Source: Lama glama (Eukaryota). Taken from it: a stretch of 64,000 nucleotides of DNA. Positions within the stretch are counted from its first letter, which is position 1, and the number at the start of each line of letters is the position of its first letter. The translations under genes were made by a program, and so were the position numbers. Positions 52,775-64,000 of this stretch are shown here, piece after piece. The DNA lies in the NCBI GenBank assembly GCA_028534125.1, contig CM052817.1, forward strand, positions 30,816,001-30,880,000. The letters are read 5' to 3'. The notes below the pieces were generated by a model. That model saw only the letters and a list, made by a program, of their open reading frames with translations. It ran no database searches and was not told the origin of the DNA.

Positions 52775-54063
52775 ATTGCTCAAAGAAGACAACTAAAAAG
52801 TAGGGGGAGTAAGAATTAGAAATCCCACAATTTGACTCTAGGCACTAAGCTTCTAGAGGGATGGAGGGGGGCAAGGGGGAGGGGAGAGAAGGATTGGTAA
52901 GGAGTGTCTTCTCTCCCATGTTTTGGGTAGAGTGCAGACAAGGGCAAAGAGGAATCATCTAGTTAAACAGATTTCTGCAAACCAAGAAAATCTAAGCTTC
53001 AGAAAAAAAGACTGGTGAAAATTCATTCTTTGACCTCTTGACTGGTTCATCCTAATTGGGAAAGAGAAGAAGACTCTCTCCTGAGCCCTCAACAACTTTA
53101 TATGAGAGCAACAGACTGTTTAAAAATAGATAGGGTCTAAAATAGTGCCATTATAAAGATAGGAAGAGGCAGCCCGAGCTTGTCTCATCTCACACCTCAC
53201 TCTAGTGCCTGCCTTGCCAACAGCAAGGCAAGCAATTAAAATAGTGTGGTGAACAAAATGAGTCAGGATAGAGTCAAAGCTCCTGTGAGGTTTCTGAAAA
53301 GGCTGCTTAAACAACCTGTCCATGATGTAGATGACGATTTTTTAATGGGCAAAAGTACAGTTAGGGGATGAAAAGCAGCACTCCAGAATATATCTTTTTA
53401 TTCTCTCATGTTCATATCCTGTTCAGCTAAAAGAGCTCATTTTCTTGCAGCATGTGGTGTCACACTCCTGATTATAGAGTGTCACATGCAAGGATACATA
53501 CAGTTATATGTTACCAAAGCTAACATACATGAAACCATCAGAAAACAGATGGATGTTCAACTTTCCAGAACTGATTGTTAATCAGAGTTCAGTGAAGAAG
53601 GCAGTCACAGCCAAGATAACAGCTCCACGGACTTGGTGATAGTTTTTCTAAAAATATAATCCTGTCCTAACTGTAGATAAGTTTAGATCATGTGCCTACC
53701 AGTTTACATTTAAGTATATTAGCTCTTTAACCCAGAAATTGAAAGCTCTGTGGATGTTGCCAGAAAATTAAATGTTAGATATTGAAAATAAAAGCGGCAA
53801 TTGTGACCACCATTGAGACAATAATAACTTGAGAAAATGAGAACAAATGAAAGTTACTTAGACGTAGAAAATTTAGTCTTTCTAGGAAAATTTCAAAGTG
53901 ACAATAAATATATATACAATACAAAAGACGCTTAAAAATTCAGAATTCAAAAGAATGACAATTTACTAATCAAAACTTGATTTTCTAATGAGTTACAATT
54001 TTAGCATATTTTTATGTGCACCATATAGCATGCAATTTTCTACAAAGCCACTGTGATAATCAC

Positions 54064-54103
<40 letters not shown>
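54064..54103. repeat. (TA)n(TG)n(TA)n microsatellite
   Basis: Read directly. Confidence 0.95.
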
Positions 54104-54106
<3 letters not shown>

Positions 54107-54759
54107 TCATAAACAGTTCAGTTTCCTTTCTCAGAAAGTGTCTTGTTAAATTGAAAATGAGAGATATACACCAGTGCCCTGTATCACCTAGATCTCTTGC
54201 CTCTAAGCCCAGGGTTATGATCACTTTAGTAAATTTCTATTCTAACAAATTACACAGAAACTACTAATAAAATGCCTTAGTTCCCATATCCTAGTCATCT
54301 TGCTGCCTGCTCCCTTAGTTCTAATCGAGTGAACCTATTCCTGGTCATGCCTGTATGCAGCAGACGTAAGTGGACTGCAGCCTTGAAAGGGACTTGTACT
54401 GTTGCCATTGATGTGATCAATTCGGTCCCCACGGCCAGATTGATCATGCAGCAGCAGACATCCATCTTTGAGACAGCTGCACTTAACAATCCCACCATGC
54501 TTCCACTTACTTTCAGCACAGAAAGTTCTGACCTTCACACTGGGCAGGAGGTTTTCCTAGGCCAGAGAGATGGACGCACAGACACCTCAACATTCTAAGG
54601 TTAACAATTTGGATGATTCATCATGTTTATAATCATAAATATGGCAAATAGGGGCAAAAAAAGCACAAAAGTTGCAAGAACAGTGAGCCAAAAAATTACA
54701 AGAACAGTAACAAGTAATTTTTCTACAATATTTGTAAGGTATGTTTTGTATAATAGAAA

Positions 54760-55020
54760 CAGCTAAGGTTTATGTACCCATTTATGAGCAAGGCACTGCT
54801 CTAAGTTTTTCTTGGGGAGGGTTGTAATTTATTATCTTATTCAATCTTCTCAACATCCTAATTTTTTTTATTTATCATTTCATTCAGGCTACTTGACATA
54901 CTACGAAGTAGGTATTGTTAACACCAATATTTATTGGCTGTGGAGGGTTAAATAATGTGCTCAAGGTCACATAACAAGTGACTAGGGCTGGATTCAAATC
55001 GAGGTCTGAAAGATGCCAGA
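54760..55020 (-). mobile_element. MIR
   Basis: gctcaaggtcacataacaagtgactagggctggattcaaatcgaggtctg. Confidence 0.75.
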
Positions 55021-56579
55021 GCAACATCAGGCTATAGTAATGCAAACTTGCCCAGTCATAGCTGAGGTCACCACCACTGTGACATCCATGCCACGCTTTG
55101 TGGCTCACTTCTTAATGCTCTCCACCCCAGCTCCTACCAAACCTTACAAAAAGGTTGACTTTTACTCCAAATTATATATAATGGGAAGGAGCTGAAATGA
55201 TTAATGAAAATCAAATTTTTCAGGCAAAATTAAATCTGATGTGAAGCATGTATAGAGAGACTTAATGAAGGCGAGAAGAATTTCCTTGAACTCTTAAGAT
55301 GACCCATTGGGTGGTCACCTTCTCTGGTATGAGAACAAGTAAAAAGGTCACCTTGAAGGGCAGGTGATTAATATTTTCTGGGAAAGGGCAGAGACCAATC
55401 AATGCATGTCTGACTCAGCACTTTACCTTGAAGGCTTCCTAAATACTGAACCACTAAATTGTTTCAAAAATCTGGATTTTTTAAAAATTCTGGTTAGATA
55501 TGGAGAAACGAACACATGAGTCTATTTCTGTCCACTCTTTTAATATTACTAAAACAAAAGAGGAAAAATAAAAGCAGCAAACATCTTCAGTGACAAAACA
55601 AGCAAAAATCTGGAGAGAACACAAAAGCAGGAAGGAAGGAAAGAATATGGACAAATATTTTGTAGGTAGGAAGTTGATGAAGGAGAGGTTACTGGCTTAA
55701 CTGAGAAGAGACAGCTAAACTCTATGTGTCTATACGAGGAGATAATGATGAAGCAAAAGCTACAGTCCGCAGAACCTAAAATTGACTTGAGAATGGGGCA
55801 CAATGTTCCATGAAATGTCAAATAGATCTTAGGGCTGAGGAGAGCAGAGTAGGCAGAAAGGCTTCTCAAAGACGAGTTAGACCCAGATTTATTCCTGCAA
55901 CTTTTGCAACCAGGCAAATATTCATCCCAAACTTTCAAAGGCTGGAAGAGTTTATTCTCTCAAGAAAACGAACCAGAGAATTTAGACTCCTGATTCCTGG
56001 TATGATAGTGCCACAGTGAGTTACTAAACAGAAAGAAGGGAAATCAATCAAAGTTTCTACAGTTTCATGCTGGAACTCTTAGCCCCATTCTCACACCTCT
56101 GTTCACAGACCCCTGGCATCCCAGGGTATATGCACCACTTAAAGATTTGTCTCTGAAAAAATTCAGAGGAAATTTACAACTAGTAGCGTGTAGGATGGTG
56201 CATGAACCCAAAGGGCAAGTCTCAAATGCAGACCATTAGCTGAGAAGCTGTGCCCAGCTTGTCAAAGCCTCGCTCTTAAAGTGAACAAACAGCAAACAAC
56301 AGTAACAGTAATATGAAGAAATCCTTCTACATCAGAGACAGAGGAGAGAAATGGGACTCAGAAGAAACAGACAGCACACTGGACAGAAAATAATTACATA
56401 ATAATAATACAAACATTAACCTCTGGTTGAAACACTGTATATGTACATACATATATAAGTTATGTGGAAAAATGAAAAATAAGGAAGGTGAATATAAGAA
56501 AGCTAAATATTCAACCATGATAAGAGGAAGGCAATAGAAAATTAAATAGTGATATAACTATATACATATATATTATGCC

Positions 56580-57380
56580 ATGTAATATATATAAAATAGT
56601 AAATAAATATATAAATATTTTCTGGTATTTTCCACAGAGTTTCAAAAATGCCTTGTAATTTCCTGAATGATAGAAATGTCTTGTTATTCATATAAAGCCT
56701 TTTTCACTCATACCTGAGTTTATACTGAAATGGGGTCCCTAAATAGCTTCAGGATGCAGGGAGGGGTCTTGATTGGCAGGAAAACCAACCAAGGTCTGGA
56801 GAGAGCATTGCAACTTTCACTCCCATCTCGTGATCTCCAGAAATTGAGTTCAATCATGTAGCCAGTAATATTAACCAATCATGACTACTTAAGGAAACCT
56901 TAATAAAAACTCTGGACAGTGGGGCTCAGGCAGCTTCTGGGCTGGTGATCACATCCACGTGCTGGGAGGGTGGTATGCCCAGACTCCTCTAGGAGAGGGC
57001 ACGTAGGCTCCAGGTCCTCCCTCCTCCCTCCACAAGACCTTGCCCTATTCATCACTTCCATTTGGCTGTTACTGAGTTGTATCCTTTATAATAAAATTGC
57101 AATTGTAAAATATAGCACTTTCAGTAGATTTTGTAACTTGTACTAGCAAATTTTCAAACCTGATGGAGAGTTATGAAACCCCTCAAATTTGTAGCCAAAC
57201 AGGAAGAAGTGCAGGGGGCTTGAGGACATCCAGGACTTGTAGCTGACACCTGCAGATGGGAGCGGTCTTGTGGAGCTGAGCCCCTCAACCCATGGGGTCT
57301 GTACTGACTCCAGATTGAATTGAATTGTGACATATTAAGTCAGTGTCAGAGAACTGACTGTCAAAATGCAGTGTTAGAAG
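56580..57380 (+). mobile_element. MER21-like LTR within degraded old L1 sequence
   Basis: aatttcctgaatgatag...catacctgagtttat...cacgtgctgggagggtg...gagttgtatcctttataataaa; boundaries approximate. Confidence 0.75.
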
Positions 57381-59039
57381 CATAATGTTTAGAAATATGA
57401 AAGCTAGTGCCAGAAGAAAAAGCTACACTGGTTCAGTTATTTCTCTAGAGAGCTGGGTTAAAGGATGAAAAAGAGTGGCCAGGGGCTGCTTTATTTCCTT
57501 AAAATCTTTTCATTTTTTTGTACTATATGCATGTATTACATTGATAAAAATGAAATTTGATTTACGTAAGAATTCATTTCTAAGAAGTGAGAGTATCATT
57601 TTATTTTATTATTCACTAAGCTCTTCAAGTCATAATGCCTATCATTTAGCCATTCATTCATTCATTGTACCACATTTATTATCTGACATTCTGTGCTCAG
57701 TGAGGAGTAAAAAGATTTTTGGAATGTGTAGTTTGAGAAGACTCACATGAAAAAAGTAAGAGAATAAATGCAGAGCAATATATACAATAATATTTTAAAA
57801 GCTTCTTATCATTATTATCAATTGGCAAAAGCAGGCGTTTCTTCTAATGGGCAAGTTTTCAGAACATATTGGCATAATGTAATTGATTAAATAGTGGATA
57901 CAATTTGCATTATACAGATTATGATTTATTACTACATAAAAGTCTTCAAAAATTATCATAGTGTGTACATGCAAAGTCATTTTGTGAGTATAGGAAAACA
58001 TGTTCCATGTAAAACATGAATCCAGGCTATTTTATTTTCATGCCTGGGTTCTCATTTGGCATCCACTTTTTAGCTTAATAGTGGAATTGTGATCTGTGTT
58101 ATAATTTGTTTTGATGGTTTCCAAAATTATTGAATTTGGTCTGGTCTTATGCACTGTTCAAGGTTTACTCAATGACATTTAGGTTGCTTTCTTTTTTATC
58201 CATGCATCAGTCAATTTATTACTTTTAGCTTGCAGGAAGCATGTGCAAATTTTTTTCCATTATTGAAATTCTCAAAAGAAATATAATTCGGTTGTGGCAA
58301 GGCTGAACCCCTCTAATCCCAAACCTCTTCTGCCCATTGAAACAGTGGTTTTCATTACACACTTCTTTACCAATCTCAGGTTTCTTTGGCAAGAACTATT
58401 GCATGAGTGCAGGACCAACATTCAGACGTTTAACAATAGAAAGCAGACAATGAAATAGCAACTCATAATCAGATAACGAAAACCACTGTGTTAATTTTGT
58501 CAATTCATCTCCGTTAGTTGCATCCAGTGAGAGACAGGGGTCCAGTGGGGTCTAGGGCTGGGGCAGGAATGTTGGCAACATCCAACAGTTGAGGTAACTG
58601 CTAACAACGCCACCCTACGTCAGATGCACTTCATCTTCCATGTTCTTTCCCATCTCTGTTTTCTCTCTATTCTGTCTTTTTCTTCTTTTTTGTTTCCCAT
58701 TACCCCTGTCTCCCTCCATGTCTGTATCCTGCAAACATCCTTATTTAACACGTGTTATGGCCAGGGCTAATAAGCAGTGTACATGTATTAGCTTATTAAT
58801 CCTCACCACAACCCTGTGGGATGGGTGTTTTCAGTATTTCCATTATACTAATAGAGAAACCAAGAGACAAGATGAACTCCCAAAATTCACAGAGCTAGAA
58901 ATCTCACATTCTTAATGATTACATTAGGCTTGCTTGTTACTTAACACCCTGCTTAACCAGCTGTAAGGTACCACTTTCAACACCCTCCCCTCAACACACC
59001 CAAGGCTTTGGGTATCTACTGACTCTTAAAGAATCCCAA

Positions 59040-59145
59040 GAGGTGGGAGAGGGTAGAGCTCGGTGGTAGAATGCATGCTGAGCATGCAGAGGCCCTGCCT
59101 GGGTTCAATCCCCAGCACATCCATTAAAAAAAGAAGAACAGCAAA
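59040..59145 (+). mobile_element. tRNA-derived SINE (camelid Vic-type)
   Basis: gggtagagctcggtggtaga...gggttcaatccccagcac, A-rich tail; TSD-like aaagaatccca / aaaaaattcca. Confidence 0.88.
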
Positions 59146-60821
59146 AAATTCCAGTTTCAATTAGTTCACTCAAGGTGGTCAGTCTTTTGCTGCAATGCAG
59201 TTGTTAGTTTTCCAATTTGCCTTTAGATTCTTAAACCATTTCTACTTCCAAAGCAATGTGAAAGGTTGTTACAAACAAGAGGGAAAAGTCAGATTTGCTG
59301 GATCTGAATTCACACACGTGACAGGGCTGTTTTGGTTTTAGCCTCAGGGTGGCTTTTTCCTAAAGCTTACCTGGGCTTTATAAGCTGGCGTGGGCAGACT
59401 GTTGCTCCTAAAATGAGGAATAATTCCTGCCTATTAGCAAGTGAGTTTACCTCCAGGAAACCATTGAAAGTCAGTACAAATCAGAAGCGTTTCGGCAGGA
59501 GCCCAAATTAACCTGCAGGAGCCTTTCAGAGTGTTACTCCCAAGCACCACGCGGTCAGCCCAGTCACGATTTTGGCTCTGCTAAAGTGGGAATGATTTTT
59601 GAAAGAGAACTTGCCTGTTGCTTTATGTTGTGGAAAAGAAAATATATATATATATATTAAGAAAATGTGACTAATCGAAGGCCAGAAGACTTGAAAAGAG
59701 AAGTTTTCTGATTAGTAATGCAAAGCTGGGATTCACGTCTTCTTGTATTTGTCAAAGTGGGGAACGTAAAATCCTACTCACCTATTCAGCTAGCTAAAAG
59801 GTTTCCATGACAACTGTGGGAACTTGGAACATTCCGTACTCCTGTCTTCAAAAATAACCTTTCCGTATAAGCAAAAGATTGTTAAAAGCACTAACCCACC
59901 TCACCTTTCCAGTCCAGGGTAACTACCTGACCATTATCTTGGTCTCTTAACTATCCTGGAAAAACTTCAAATAGTCTGTTTACCCTACAGCACTGAAGTG
60001 AAACTTCAGATAACTAGCCCAGGATAAACTGTGTTTAATCTCAGCAGGTTAATAGCCTTTTATTATGCGCTCATTAGTTTTTCCAGAGGAAAGTGAACTT
60101 ACCTCTATGCAAGGAATTATAGATATAAAGGTTGTTTCTTCTCTCCTTTTAAAGCCAATCAAGTTGAAAATAGAAAATATACAGTTATCTCTTACTAAAA
60201 AAATTTTCCTGAAAGGCTAGCAACACATGCTCATGGTAGATAATATAGGAAATATAGAAAAATACTAAATAAGAAATAAAATACCCATTATCTCACAACG
60301 CAGAGAGCCTAACCATTGTTAAAATTTTTATATATTCTCTTCTAGTATTTGTATCATTATCTCTATTTTGTTTGTTCATTTTTTTAAACTGAACGATTCT
60401 GTAACTTTGACCCATTGAGATAAGCTTAGGTAATGGAAGTTTTATTACAAAAAAGAAACACATAGTAGATAATTACTTGGGTGGCAGTGCCTCTGAGACT
60501 GACTCCATAAAGAACCAAAACAATATCTTCCTGAATACTCACTGTAATTAACCTACCTCATCTGTGTACTGGCATTCTTATTTCTCCAGAAAGAGGTTCT
60601 GATTGGTCTGTTGGCCATTATCCAACATGGAACATCTTTCTTCCTGACTTACCCCATCCTTGCCCAGGTCACACATTTAGTTTCAGATAGCACAAATTGC
60701 AGAAACTGCAGACAACTTGCAGACCATTTCAACCTTCCTTGTGCAGAAGAGAGTCTCAAACTCTCCTCACCAGTATATCTTACACACAATTTTATATCTT
60801 TTTCTCCCTGACATTAATCAT

Positions 60822-61600
60822 CAATGGTATTTCGGGAGTGGAACTGTAGAAGCAATTCACCCCAGTACAGGCAATAAGGGAGGGGCGATGTTATGGAGAA
60901 ATTAAAAGCAATAATTAATAAACAAAAGCAAGTAAAATTTAGCCTTCTTTATATTAGCATAATGCTCCCACAATTCTAAATATCAAGAATAAAATACTCT
61001 TTCTCCAAAAATATTTTTCATTGGTCTAGTTTCTAAACAATTAGTGAAGACATGATGGATTTGACTTATACAATATATATTTAAGCTTCAAAGTAGCTCA
61101 TTTTAGTTCTTACATTTTAATTAACTTTGTGATCTACATGGGAGTTAATTCAAAAGACTCCCTGTGTAGTCCATGACAAAGAATTAGCTGCATGTGTTCC
61201 TCTCTTCTCAAAAGTAGGCTCCATATGGTGCAGAATCATTCGCGCTCACTTCGAGGGCAGTTCATGTATTCAACTCCTGTGTCCTGTGTATCCCTGCACT
61301 TCGTAGATCTGAAATAAATCATGGTAGCACAGTGGTTGTAAAGATAAAGTAATAGAACTTGCATTACTTCAGTTCTGTCATTCTGTGTGCAAATCATCCT
61401 CTGAAACTGGCAATTCAGCCTTTTGGCAGTATTTCTCCATGTGCTTTGGCCCCTTTCCTTCCAAAAAAATACGTTCTTAACATTAACTTATTGCTTTTTC
61501 CTTTGCTGTACTCTAATATTTATTTTTTAATCTATTTTGGTTTATTTTATTTATTGGCATGTAGTCACATAATAGGTTCAAGTTTAGATGAATTTTACTA
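60822..61600. mobile_element. Probable old hAT-Tip100-type DNA transposon remnant
   Basis: caggcaataagggaggggcg...gagaattaaaagcaataat resembles recalled MER97-type ends; family and right boundary uncertain. Confidence 0.35.
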
Positions 61601-63239
61601 TTCATATTTCTTTTCTGGCCATTGCTACTGTTTGTTACATTTCATGATTATTACTGAAATCAACTTTGTCCTGTAGAGGAGGGAGGGTATTTAAAATGAA
61701 TCATTCTAATATATTAAAATGCAAAATAAATAAATAAATGAATGAATAAAATGATTCATTCCAGATATCTTATACTGAAGGTATCCCATTGTCTATCATA
61801 TTTGAAGTATTTAATCATATTAGATTTTCATTATAAATACTATTGTACTATAATAGTATTTCTTTCTCCACATGTACCAGGATTTATTTAACTATTAATC
61901 TATTATTGAACAATTAGCTTGCTTCCAAGTTCTACTATTGTAAATAGTGCTATATTGAATATCTTTGTACACATTTTACTTCTGCTTTCTGACTTTGCCT
62001 CAGTCTAATTTTATTTGACTGCTTATAGGCAGTAAACAGAGCCAAAAGCCAGGACAAGAGCACCACAATCGATTATCCACAAACTAGATGATGTGAGTCA
62101 TCACTACAGTGAACTCTAGCTTATTCAATAGTTAATTATCCACAAGCTGAGTATCCATAATTTATATGACCTACCTACAGCATCCTAGAAAAAAAACAAA
62201 AATGTAAAAAAAAAAGTTTTTTTGGTGAATTGTCTTTAAAAAGTCCTAAGGCTCTCCTCTTTCTTGTGTATGCATCTATTATTTATGTGCAGTATTCCTG
62301 AACATTTCCTTCTATCATGTTATGCAGAGGCTCTGCGAATAAAATCCTCCCAGGCAGCTCCTAGTCAGCTAGGACATCCTCATCTGCTATATTTATTCAT
62401 GTTTCGATGCACACGCTAAATAAGAAATTGGCAAGACAATGCAAGGGGCTATGGATACTCAGCTTTGTTCTTAAGCTTGGAGTCAGGCGCCATTTCTCCT
62501 GGTAGTTTATTTCCTACCAAATTTATGTGCAGAATATAAGGAGGATCTGATTTACACCCACACCAAAGAAGCAGCCCTGCCCTAAAATCACAATGCAGTG
62601 CATTTGCGAGAGGATTGTTCTGCGAGAGACAGGGCGAGGTCATGTTTAGACGTTTGGCTGAAGTGCTGGATTGCCTGAGTTTGAATCCCACCAGCTGGTA
62701 GGGTGACCCTGATCAAGTCAGAGTCTGTACTAGGTTCTGGGACAAAAGAATAAACAAGTTATAGCCCCTGTCTGATGGAAAATTACAGTTTAGAAAAAGA
62801 GACAATTGAAAAGATTCTTATACAAGAGAATGCAGATAAAGGCATTTAACCCAGTCTCAGGATATCTGCCAGTTACTATATTATTATTGACATTGACGTT
62901 ACCTGCCATAGATTGAATCTCTTAGAAAGTAGACCACAGATACACAAACACTGAAGGCAGATTTCCTCTTTCTCTCATACACATACACACATACACACAC
63001 ATGTATTGAAGATAGATTCTTTCTACACATGCATATGCATATATATTTATATACATACAAATATTTGCATACATTCATAAGTATATTTTTCCTTCAGGAA
63101 AAATGGATGGATGCTCCCACCATCCCCCTTTACTATTTGCCCTCTTCTTCATTATTTTTTTCCTTCTCTCTCAACCAAGAGTTACCTACCTGGCTCAAAT
63201 CCAAATTCTACCTCTTGCCAGTTTTCTGACCTCTCCCAA

Positions 63240-63400
63240 ATTAACTTGACTTCACTAAGCGTCAGTTTCTCCATCTTGTGAGATGAAAATTAAAAGCAAT
63301 ATCATCTCACAGGGATTTTATGGCGATTATAAGCAATGATACTTGTAAAATGCTAAAGATAATGCCAGCCACTTAGTTAAGAATTCAGTTGATGTTAAGT
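63240..63400 (+). mobile_element. MIR
   Basis: tcagtttctccatc...atctcacagggatt...tacttgtaaaatgct. Confidence 0.75.
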
Positions 63401-64000
63401 TGCTTTTACAATCAGTATTCAAATTACCTCAGTCAATATAAGATCATTCATAGACTTGGAGCTCATTATTATTACCCTCCCTCTGGGCTCTTACAATTAT
63501 AGAAAACATTTATTGAACTTTTATAGGGAATGTAAATTTATCTGTGCAAGGAAGGCACTATTTTCTATGGCTCTCTATGAACAATCAGCTATAGCAGACT
63601 GGTTCCAATTATTGCATGTTGCCCAGATAAGAAGCTCTTTTCTCCACACACCCTCATCACCCCTATAAGTGTCACATGACCCCAGTGCTCAATTCCAGAG
63701 TGTGAAGAAGATTGCTACTCACCCAAGAAAGCCAAATGGAAGATTGAGCAACATCTTAGGCACACAGGCAGGCATTGCGCCTACAGGAAATTTGAAAGAC
63801 AGTACACTGGCTGCTCTCAATGCGGAATTCTCACCAGTGGGAGATAAGAAGGGAAACTGAAAGCCTGAGCTTTGTCCCTGTCTTCTCACAAGGGTCATAA
63901 TGTCTCATCCTCAGTACTGCTGGCCACCTGTACTTACCATGTGGAGCCTGGGATCTAGATCCTTTTGGATCTAGCTGCTGTCCAAATGGCCACTCCCACT

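Noticed and set aside
54295..54598. Three overlapping ORFs on both strands
   Set aside because: No recognisable protein; stop-codon scarcity is expected from higher GC
59360..60110. Several minus-strand splice-donor-like motifs
   Set aside because: No consistent exon or reading frame; such motifs are common by chance
1..64000. CRISPR, prokaryotic, NUMT or non-retroviral viral insert
   Set aside because: No repeat-spacer array, operon, or mitochondrial/viral protein similarity recognised; a tBLASTx search would be needed to exclude highly decayed copies

Overview
AT-rich, CpG-depleted mammalian genomic DNA, intronic or intergenic. It is probably camelid (alpaca/camel), inferred from three tRNA-derived SINEs with a camelid Vic-type head and from cetartiodactyl-type L1 3' ends. 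I find no recognisable protein-coding gene, rRNA, tRNA gene or CRISPR array; the supplied ORFs are short, and several are decayed L1 ORF2 C-terminus. Much of the window is interspersed repeat: L1 insertions with readable target-site duplications (TSDs), older L1M, L2 and MIR, MaLR/ERV LTRs and hAT/Tigger DNA transposons. Family names are recalled consensus similarity, not search results. The best second-look items are (1) a ~145-nt G-U-rich fold-back at 54366-54510, (2) atypical retrotransposition products (a TSD-flanked internal ORF2 fragment, a polyadenylated LTR-like fragment inside an L1, an orphan TSD-flanked insert, and three or four 5'-inverted L1s), and (3) non-repeat candidate regulatory islands near 18-20, 29.1-29.5 and 46.2-46.6 kb plus weak candidate exons. 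I cannot support a new biological system from the sequence alone.
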